A stretch of DNA of 53,112 bases, filler included, from Bipalium vagum (lineage: Eukaryota), in assembly GCA_037834085.1 (NCBI GenBank). It is 3 parts of 3 records of this genome, joined end to end, with 100 filler letters (N's around TTAATTAATTAA, not from the genome) between each part and the next. Parts side by side here need not be neighbours in the genome. Positions count along the whole stretch, not along the records: positions 1 to 16,763 come from JBBMKC010095230.1; 2 more parts are not named here. The stretch is one strand, 5' to 3'. The notes under the pieces are model-generated. The model saw only the letters and a program-made list of their open reading frames with translations, was not told where the DNA came from and ran no database searches. Position numbers and translations under genes: made by a program. Positions 1 through 9,845 of the stretch are shown one piece after another (within the stretch, counting starts at the first letter, position 1; every line of letters starts with the position of its first letter).

Positions 1-47
1 TATATATTTATTTATTATCATAATATATATTATACTACGTATTATTA

Positions 48-236
48 CTACTTAGCCGAAGAAGGGCAAAATGAAGTTAACTTTCTTTTGTCTCTTTTGC
101 GTTTAAGCAAACCACTACCTTCTTGGTGATTGTTGAAAAGGAATTGCAGTGCCAACACTAGCGGATGAGTGGCAAAAATGAAGCTCAACGCCAATGCAAT
201 ACAAAACAACGACATCCAGACGGTAGAAAATAAACT
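48..236 (-). CDS. Possible terminal exon encoding a hydrophobic (TM-like) segment and a basic tail
   Basis: 63 open codons after a TTTTAAG acceptor: SLFSTVWMSLFCIALALSFIFATHPLVLALQFLFNNHQEGSGLLKRKRDKRK...*. GC is higher than in the flanks. Upstream exons could not be joined in phase, and a decayed transposase is an alternative reading. Confidence 0.25.
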   Translation of the reverse strand, partial: SLFSTVWMSLFCIALALSFIFATHPLVLALQFLFNNHQEGSGLLKRKRDKRKLTSFCPSSAK

Positions 237-1616
237 CTTAAAAAAAGAATTAGAATATTAAAAACCTAGTACTAAAGATGATAAGAAAATTGTCTATTAA
301 AATAAATGTTGATTTTTCTTTCATTCTAATAATAATTTTCGACATCTTTTTTTCTTCATCTATTTCTGATTTGATTATTGTTTTGGTATGATTATATTTA
401 AAAATATATCTCTATAAATTAAACAACCTTTTTTAATATCATAGCATCTATTAAACAATAATAAAAAATTGAATTGATCAATAAAAATTTCACTATTTCT
501 TAGTTTTTCACCATGCCATTGTTTTATTAATTTTTTTCTTTATTATCGCTGATATAAAATTATAACCACAAAATTCTAAACCTGGATAATTTGATAATAT
601 GATTTTGATTTGTACTGAAATAATGTGGAAAACATCACATCGTACCTTTAAAACCAAATGTAATTGGGAAAGCTATCAATTAAAAAGTATTGAATCAACA
701 AAAAATTGTATGTGATTTTATTCTTACAATTAATTTTTTCAACTGGTAATTTATTTTAGATTATCCAACTTAATATTGGGTAATTATCATATCTTTTAGT
801 ATGAGTTATAAAAGTATGTTTAAAATCTTTACAAAAGAAAAGTTTACAATAAGTATCAATTAAAAAAAATGAGTGAGTGTGTTCAGCGAAAAACGCATCT
901 TCAATTATTGTTTGAGTATTATAAGATATATTATCAATTGCTAAGTCTTCTAAATTTTCAGTTTTAAAAATAAAACTATATTATTTTGAATTTTATAAAA
1001 TATTTAACTTTCATTATCAAAAGCTGTAGAATAATTCATTTCATGATAAACGGCATTTTCTTTAATTGCATCAAAATCAAAAATTAAACATTTATTACTT
1101 TGTTTAAATTTTCCTTCATTATTTTTAAAATAACATTCATTACCACGGAACATCTCTAGTCTCGAATAAAATATAGTATTCTTTTCTTTATTTGGAATTT
1201 ATTTTTTAGTTTTCTCAAACTTTTAGCCCAATCTTCTAAGACACTTCATCTCATGTACCTCTTAATTATTTCAATTTTCTCGTTATCCTTTTGATCGCTC
1301 TTCCTTGTATATAGAATCTATATAAAGATTCTGAAAATTTCTATCGAATGTCTTAGATCTTTGGATATTTCTCTGGACCTCTATGAACAGTCCCAATATA
1401 GTTTAATAAATATTTAGCTCATTCGGCAACGAAAAAAGTGAACTTCACTCAGAAAATTCTGTCTTTATCATATATTTTATTATTAAATATTATTTTATTA
1501 TTATAATTATCAAAGTCAAGGCCGACCAGGTCTGACCAATCATTTTATTCTTTAATGAGAATAAATAATGCTTTTAAATTTGAGGTTCTTTAAATCACAT
1601 TTTCCTTGAAAACTTG

Positions 1617-3365
1617 TCACCTATCGTCTAGAAATGGGTTTTTCAAATGCATCCATTGAAGGAGTTGTTGGGCGGCGTCTCGACATATTGGGTCCGGAAG
1701 GAGAGTTCTCTCTAAAAGAAGCATCATGTTCTCCGACATCGGTTTCAAAGGTATAAAGTCGATTTTCTTTTCAATTGCAATCTTGAGGGCAGGATTGGGT
1801 TCATCATAATAAGGAGGTTTACCTACGGAATTTATAGAAAGAGTCTTCATAAAAGATGTGAAAATAATAATAATAATAATAAGAATAAAAATAAGGATAT
1901 GTGAACCGACCCGACAACATTGCCACACATGTGGCCCCGAACGACCAAATATCCGAAGAAAAGTCGAAGCGGCCTTCAATGATGACCTCTGGAGCAAGAT
2001 ACGCAACAGTTCCATGCGTTGACGTTTTAAAGTGGACCGTAGCATTGGAGTGCCCTGACCGAGAAAGTTCATTGTTATTATCTTCCGAACAGAGACCAGG
2101 ACATGTTAATATTCGACCAAGTCCAAAGTCGTACAACCTGACTGTACCGCAATCATCGAGCAGAATATTTTCAGCTTGAGAATGAAAACAAATTATGTCT
2201 GTGTCGAAAATTGTCATTGACTCGACCAAATGAGCACCATTGAGAAAGGTGGATATTTTGGTTTGTGCTTCTCTTTAACATTTTTATGGAGAACCGCGAA
2301 ATAATAAAGTACTTCAAAAGTTACATATTTGAGGAGTGGAAGAATGGAGAGAAGGTGAATCCATGGTGTAAGATTGAGTGGGATAAGCTCTCAAGTGGAG
2401 CAACCCCAATTCGCCTCATTTTTGTCTACATTGTCACTTTCTGAGAATTTTTTATAAATTTCTATTGAATTCAGGCTTGAGTAATTACTTAAGAAAGGTC
2501 AGAGGACATTTTTCGCATAAAACGTTCATGGAAATGCTTTGAACCAAGGACAGCTTTGGAAACGTAAAGCTTTACAATGTTTAGATAATGGAAAACCCTG
2601 CATAAGAGAGTGAAAGGTATTCACAAAAGAGAGCAAGATACGTTTCAAATGTTTGAATTGGACGAGAGACAAACCAAATTTCCGCCTCTCTCAACGATTT
2701 GTGGTCTTTATTCACAGATCAATTACGTTTGATATCGCGGTGGATGATTCCATTGGAATGAAGAAATTTCAACCCTTCAAGAATTCCCTGGCCATAGAAC
2801 ATGATTGTTCCATGGGACACGGTTTCATATTTAATAATCTGATCCAGAGACCCCTAAAATAATGTTAACACAAATTATAGCCTGGTTTCCATCATTTTAG
2901 AATATTATCTCTTTCATTCCTCAGCTCTTTATGATTTTATCATTATTATCATTTGAAGAGACTTTTATTACTATTATTGACAAGGGATAATAAAGAATCT
3001 CATTTAACTGCCACGGGTTTTCAAAATATAAAGTGTTATCAGACTGAATCTCTGTTCCCAAAGCCAGATAAAAACGAAAGGAAATAATAAAAAAATCAAA
3101 AATTCTCTTACAGGAGCATATCTCATTAATACGTAAGACCGTTCTTCGTCCGACCTCTCCCCAATGTACTCCACTATATTCTCGTGGCGGAGACTCTTCC
3201 CAAGTTGGCTCAGATTGTGCTCCACACTTTTCTCGTAATTTTCAATCTGTTTGTGCTGGATTTTCTTCATCACAAAATTTGGATCAAATTCCTTAACCTT
3301 ATAAACCTTGCCATATCCTCCTTGACCAATCTTCTCTTTTGTTTTAAACGTCTTGAAGGCTGCAG
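1617..3365 (-). CDS. Ser/Thr protein kinase domain, STE11/MAP3K (MEKK-like) type; multi-exon; 5' end unresolved
   Basis: Exons ~3365-3112 (KIGQGGYGKVYKV, VMKK, LRHENIVEYIG, LMRYAP), 2853-2727 (GSLDQ...ILEGLKFLHSNGIIHRDIK), 2174-1911 (PENILLD, DFG, GTVAYLAPEVI, SDIWSFGATCVAMLS) and 1822-1617 (GKPPYY...ALKIA...PDPICR...QLL, TGA). GT-AG junctions with compatible phases. The family call rests on motif resemblance only. Confidence 0.9.
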
Positions 3366-3831
3366 CTGAAAAATCAAAAGTCAACGAGGTCAAATCAGAT
3401 TTTGAAAGTCAAATAAAATAAAAAGAGCAAAAACAAAGAAATAGTTCTTTCGAAAAAAATTCGAATCCTTCGGGAGTGTTCTTCCAGTCAAACGTTTGTA
3501 TCAATATTCACTCCTTCGAGATCTCCGGTCGGATCTGATTAAAACAAAAAATAATAAAATTCAAATTATTCTTTATTCGGTTCACCGAGGGAATTGGTTG
3601 GAATAAAATTATTCTTGTTCAAGGAAAGATTTCGATATTATTGTAAAGAGACTCTTAACGCAGTCCAGAGCATTTTTTCAAAGGGTTTTATTTTATTGAT
3701 CTATCTTCAAAATGCTGCACCATTTTAATTTAAGGAAATTGACGAAAGAAAAAATGAGCTTCCAAGCGTCATACCAAATAGTCGTCCGCCGTCTTCAACT
3801 GTTTAATAAAAAGTAAAAGAAAAACGTTGAC

Positions 3832-3907
3832 CCTTACAATTTAAATTGAACAAAAGTTCCCGAACGAAATCTTCATCGGAAGAAGTGAGTAATGCTCTTT
3901 TGTCCTT
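3832..3907 (-). CDS. Probable exon following the last ankyrin repeat (KDKRALLTSSDEDFVRELLFNLNCK..., possible capping/linker helix)
   Basis: TTTTTCAG acceptor at 3908. Open in phase 0 after exon 3998-4096. Candidate phase-1 donors near 3831-3837; if unspliced the frame stops near 3804. Confidence 0.55.
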
Positions 3908-3997
3908 CTGAAAAATATTTTATTTCTTTTTGAAAAATAACAAAAATTAAAAATAATATTCATTTATTATTATATTAATAAGAGAGCACAACAGTAC

Positions 3998-6900
3998 TTC
4001 GTCAAGGGTGTCACACTTGTAATCATGGTCCAGTAAGAACTTAACTACATCGATGTGTCCATTGAGACTGGCAATATTAACAAGATTCCAGTTAGCCTGA
4101 AGTAAACCATTACATGCACAAAGCAATCAATATCGATTTTTTTGCTGAATAGAAACTTGACAATGTCAACATGACCTCTCTGGACAGCCAAATGCATCGG
4201 TCTCCAATTATCCTACATTCATGAACGACTATATATTAATGTAAAATATAAATCAATAACTTCGTCACAAGCCCCCATGTCACAACCCGTCTCAAACAAG
4301 AACTCCACGATGTCAATAAAACCGTTTTCTGCTGCTAAGTGAATGGGCCTCTTATTATTCTGAATTTCTTCTTAAGATTTACTTATTGCAATTAAGTTAA
4401 AAACTTGGTCACAAGCCTCTATCTCACAGTATTTCTCAAACAGGAACTTGACAATGTCAAGATGACCGTTTTCTGCTGCTAGGTGAAGTGGTCGCTTATT
4501 GTCCTGAATTTCTTTTTAATAATTATTTATTACCAAAAAATCAATAACCCAGTCACAAGCCTCAATATCACACCCCTTCTCAAAGAGAAACTTGACAATA
4601 CCAACATGACCTTTTTCAGCAGCCAGGTGACAGGGTCTCCTATCACACTAAATTAATATTTGAAAGTTATTTATTGCAAATAAAACAATAACCCAGTCAC
4701 AAGCTTCAATGTCACAATCCTTCTCACATAAGAACCGGACAACATCAAGATGACCGTTTTGTGCTGCTAAGTGAATCGGATGAAAAGTATACTAAATTGA
4801 TATTTTAAAATTTATTTTCAGAGTAAACCGGATAACCTTGTCACAAACCCCGTTACCAGAACTCTTTTCTAAAAGAAACTGGACAACATCAATATGGCCA
4901 TTTTCTGCAGCCAAAGTGATGGGCCTCCTTCCAAACTGCACTCAATTTTAAACAAATTATTTAGAATAAAACAAGAACTTCGTCAAAAGACTTAATGTCG
5001 CAATTCTTTTCATCCAAAAACTTGAGAATTTCAAGATGACCTCTTTCAGCAGCAAAGTGAATGGGTCTCATTCTACTCTGAATGAAATTTTAAAACCTTT
5101 TATTGAAATTAAATCAATAACTCTGTCACAAGCCTCAATGTCATAACCTTTCTCAAACAGAAACTTGACAATATTGATGTGACCATTTTCTGTAGCCAAG
5201 AGAATGGGTGTCCTTTTAAACTAAAATCAATTTTACAGACGAATCTTTAAAAAAAAATCAATAACGTAATCAAAAGTGTACACGTCACAACCACTGTCAA
5301 TCAAAAAGTTGATAATATCAATGTGACCATTTTCTGCTGCAAAGTGAAGAGGTGTCTTATTTGACTGAAATTATTTTCTAAAATGGTTGATTGAGAATGA
5401 AAATAAGAAAACCCAGTCACAAGCCTCAATGTCGCAACCATTCTCAATTAAGAACTTGACAATATTTAGATGACCTCCTATTACAGCTGAGTGAATGAGA
5501 CTGGAATTGTTCTTTATCTCCTTTAAGAAATTATTATTTATTGAGGAAGAATAAACCTTTATTGGAGCTTCAATATCACATCCCCGGTCAAATAAAAACC
5601 TGGCGACATTTAAATGACCATTTCCTGCAGCTACCTCAATGGGTCTCCGAGAATACTGTTAGGTGTTCATAAATTATTTAATGAAAACAAATGAATAACT
5701 TTGTCAGGGATATCAATGTTACAAGCCTTCTCAAACAAGAATTTAACAATATCAAGATGACAGTTTTTAGCAGCACTGTGAATGGGTCTACAATCGTCCT
5801 GAGCTCATTTTTAAAAATCAATTATTAAGAATAAATCAGCAACCTTATCACATGTCTCAATATCAGAGCCGTGCTCAAACAAGAATCTGACAATATCCAA
5901 ATGACCGTTTTGTGCAGATAAATGAATAAGACTCTTTTTACTCTGAATTTATTTATTTTTATAAAATTTATCTGGGAATTTTAATTACTTTGTCACAAGC
6001 CCCAATATCACAGCCCTTCTGAACCAAGAACTTTACGATATTATTGTGACCTTTAGTAGCAGCTAAATGAATGGGTCTCCTTTTTTTCTGATTAAATTTT
6101 AAAATGTTTTCAAAGGAAAAAGCAAAAAACTTTGTCACTGGCCTCACCATCACAGCCGTGGTCAAAAAGAACTTTGACAACATCAAAATGACCGTTTTGT
6201 GCAGCTAATTGAACTGGACTCCTTTCCATCTAACTTTAGTATAAAATTATTTCTTGAAAACTAATCAAATACTTTATCATGAACATCAATATCACAGCCC
6301 TTTTCAAACAAGAAATTGACGATATCAAGACGACCATATTCTGCAGCCAAGTGAATGGGTCTCCGTCCATTCTAAACTCATTTTCAAAAATTTTCAATGG
6401 AGAAAACATTGATCACTTCATCACAAGCCTCAATGTCACAGCCCTTGTCAAATAAGCATTTGAAATCCTCCAGATGACCTTTTTCAGCAGCTATGTTCAT
6501 GGATACAGTTTTCTGAAATTATTTCTTAAAGTTATTGATTAATCAAATTAAAGACCCAGACATTGTCTTCAGTATTAGAATTCCTTCTCAAAAAGAACTG
6601 GACAACATTAAGATGACCATTTTCCTCAGCCAATTGAAAGGGTCTCTTATTTTTCTGAACTCAGTTTGAAAAATATTTCATTGAGAGTAAATTAATAACT
6701 TCGTCACGGGCTTCACAATCACAACCTTTCTCTAAAAGGAATTTCACAACATCAAGATGACCTTTTCTGGCTGCCAAGTGAATGGGTTTCGAGTTAGTCT
6801 AGATTAAATTTTAACAATTATATGTGGAGAACAAATCAAACACCCAGTCACAAGCTTCCATGTCACTACCGACTTCAATTAAAAACCTCAAAATATCAAT

Positions 6901-9800
6901 ACAGCCATTTTTTGCAGCTACGTGTATGGGTCTCCTACCCAACTGAATTCATATTTCAAAATTTACTTATTGAAAACAAGTCAATACCTCGTCACTTGTG
7001 TGTATGCTGCAACCTTTGTCATACAAAAACTTGACAATATCCAGATGATATCTTGCTGCGGCCAGATGAATGGGTCTTCTGTTTTCCTGAATTCAATTTT
7101 TAAAAAAATTTCTTGGAAACAAATCAATAACCGAGTCACAAGGCTCAATATCGCAACCCTTTTCAAACAAAAACTTGATAATATCAAGATGTCCCTCTTC
7201 AGCTGCCATGTGAACAGATCTTCTTTTATTCTGAATTCCAATTAAGAATTTTTATTGTGAGCAGATAAATGACTTTGTCACAGGCTTCAATATCGCAACC
7301 GTTTTGTAACAAATACTTGACAATATCAATATGACCTTTTGATGAGGCCAAATGAATTGATTCATTTCTATTCTGAAGAAATTCTTAACTTTTATTTCTC
7401 AGACAAAATGAAGAACTTCAAAAAGACAGGTTTTCTCAAACAAAAATTTGAAGACATTCAGATGGCCATTTTCTGCCGCTAAGTGAATTGGTCTCTTATT
7501 CCCCTGAACTCATCTTCAAAAATTATTTATTGAGAACAAATCAATAACTTTGTCACAAGCGTCAATATCATACCCCTTCTCAAATAAAAACTTGACAATA
7601 TCGATATGACCCTTTTCAGAGGCCAAATGAATTGATTCGTCTTTATTCTGAATAAATTTTGAAAGGTTATTTCTCAGTCGAAATCAAGAACTTCAAAGAG
7701 ACAGGACTTCTGAAAAAAAAAGTTGAACACATCCAGGTGACCATTTCCTGCCGCTAAGTGAATTGGTCTCTTATTCCCCTGAACTCATCTTCAAAAATTA
7801 TTTATTGAGAACTAATCTATAACTTTGTCACAAGCGTCAATTTCACAACCATTGTCAACCAAAAACTTCACAACATCAAGATGACCTTCTTTTGCTGCCA
7901 TGTGAATAGGTCTTCTATTATGCTAAAGTCACTTAAAGGTGAATTCTTGACAACAAAATTACAACTTGATCACAAGCCTCAATGTTACAACCATTGTCAA
8001 AGAAGAGTTTTAAAACAGCCAGATGACCTTTTTCTACTGCTATGTGGACAGGTCTCTTCATTTGCTGAATTTCATATTATAAATATTTATTTATTCAATA
8101 TTTACGGAGAAAATAAAAACCCTGTCACAAGCTTCAAGGTCGCAACCACTCTCAATTAAAAATTTCGTAATTTCAATGTGATGATTTTCTTCAGCTAAAT
8201 GAATGGGTCTTTTTCTCTTCTAAATTCAAGCTTATAAATATCATTTTAAGTAAGCCTATAACTTTGTCACCAGAATCCAGGTCACAGCCCTTCTCAAACA
8301 AAAGTTTAACAATATCAATATGACCATTTCGTGCAGCTAAGTGAATAGGTTTGGCATTGGTCTAAATTGGTTTTTAAAATTTATCTTTAGAGAATAAATC
8401 AAGCACCCAGTCACAGGCCTCAATGTCACAATCCTTTTCAATTAGGAACCTGACAATGTTATTGTGATGATTTTCTTCTGCTAAGTGAATGGGTCTCTTT
8501 TTATACTGAATTCAATTTTAAAAATATTCTGATCACAATAAATCACTGACTTTGTTACAAGCCTCAATATTGCAACCCTTATAAAATAGGAATAGGGCAA
8601 TGTTAAAGTGACCTTTTTCTGCAGCTGAGTGAATTGGTCTCATACCTTCCTGAATTTCTTTTTAAAAAACTGTTTTTTGGAATCAAATCAAACACCCTTT
8701 CACAGGCCTCAATGTCGCAACCATTCTCTACTAACAACTTGACAATATTTAGATGGCCTTTTTCTACAGCTAAGTGAATGGGTCTCTTTCCCATCTGAAC
8801 CAAATTTTATAAATAATCTCACTAATACTATCACTAACCATGTCACAAGCCTCAATATTGCAGCCTTTCTCTAAAAAGAATTTAAACATGCTAAAATTAC
8901 CGTTTCCGCCGCTATATGGATGGGTTTGGTTTCCTTCTATTTTAAGATTTGTAATTACCCTTAGACAGTAAGTCAAAACCCTAACCCAGTCACCGGCCTC
9001 AGTGTCAGCACCCTTTTCAAACAAAAACTTGACAATATCAACGTGACCATTTTCTGTAGCAAAGTGGATAGGTTTCACTTTAATCTGAACTCAATTTTAA
9101 AGTTTTTAAAGTAAAAGTCAACAACTTTGTCACCAGACTCAATATTACAACCCTTGTCAAATAAAAACCCCAAGATAGCAACATGACCTTTCTCTGCAGC
9201 CAGGTGAATGGGTTTACAACCAAACTGAATGGATTATTATAAATTATCTGTTGAGAATAAATTAGTAACATTGTCAGAAACATCAATGTCAGCACCCTTG
9301 TCAGACAACAGCCTAATATCAATATGACCATTTTCTGCCGCACCGTGAATGGGTCTCATACCATTCTGGAATGATGTTTAGAATTTGCTTACGGAATAAA
9401 TCAATAACTTTATCACAAGGCTCAATACGACCACCCTGATCAAAGATAAACTTGACAATATCAACATGGCCTTTCTCTGCAGTCAAGTGAATGGGTCTTC
9501 TATTATTCTGAATTCATTTTTGAAAATCATTTCTTAAGAAAAACTCAATAACTTTGTCACAAGATTCAAAGTCGCAACCTCTCTCAATCAACAACTTTAC
9601 AATACAAAGGAAACCCTTTTCGGAGCACAGGTGAATTGGTCTTCTAGTGTCCTACGTACACCATTTCTCAGTTACTCAACACCAACAACCACGTAAATCA
9701 CCTCTCCACATATTTCCAAGTTGAGCGGATTTTCTGCAAAGGCCTTTACTGTTTCAAGTTGACCCTTCTGACATGCAGCAAGCATTGGGTGAGTTCTTTC
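3998..9800 (-). repeat. Tandem array of ~144-nt units (99-nt ankyrin exon + ~45-nt intron), 41 copies
   Basis: Period of about 142-145 nt. Introns share a consensus like GTTATTGATTTATTCTCAATAAATAATTTTTAAAAATGAATTCAG. 18 of 40 introns are exactly 45 nt (range 17-56). Confidence 0.95.
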
Positions 9801-9845
9801 CTACATGAAAAATCACGTCATCCTTTGAACCTTACTATAAACCAT
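3998..9845 (-). CDS. Multi-exon ankyrin-repeat protein: start exon (MVYSK) plus 41 single-repeat exons, about 1350 aa; 3' continuation unresolved
   Basis: Start exon 9831-9845. Repeat exons in transcript order: 9702-9800, 9553-9651, 9409-9507, 9270-9365, 9126-9224, 8986-9084, 8839-8936, 8696-8794, 8551-8649, 8407-8505, 8263-8361, 8121-8219, 7966-8064, 7824-7922, 7692-7778, 7549-7647, 7417-7503, 7274-7372, 7132-7230, 6988-7086, 6844-6942, 6700-6798, 6556-6654, 6417-6512, 6273-6371, 6131-6229, 5989-6087, 5844-5942, 5700-5798, 5557-5655, 5413-5511, 5266-5364, 5122-5220, 4979-5077, 4837-4935, 4693-4791, 4549-4647, 4405-4503, 4261-4359, 4114-4212, 3998-4096. All are bounded by AG/GT at the same phase-0 position. 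Consensus xxxRPIHLAAExGHLDIVKFLFEKGCDIEACDx matches the ankyrin pattern (TPLHxAAxxGHxxIVxxLLxxGAD). No in-frame stops apart from one 98-nt frameshifted exon (8839-8936). Confidence 0.93.

Noticed and set aside
270-550. Possible IS630/Tc1 transposase remnant on the minus strand (IFIDQFNFLL...KKG; FILIDNF)
   Set aside because: The motifs are too degenerate in AT-rich sequence to separate from chance or from host exons.
1901-3369. Plus-strand ORFs 1901-2179, 2653-2862 and 3184-3369
   Set aside because: Antisense shadows of kinase exons.
5968-9343. ORF-track entries within the array (e.g. 6822-7034, 6922-7245, 7881-8159, 6981-7241, 9080-9343) as independent genes
   Set aside because: They are antisense or off-frame shadows, or exon/intron read-throughs of the ankyrin gene.
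3998-9800. CRISPR-like or satellite interpretation of the regular ~144-nt periodicity
   Set aside because: The units translate to ankyrin repeats bounded by GT-AG. The spacers are homologous introns, and there are no cas genes or identical direct repeats.
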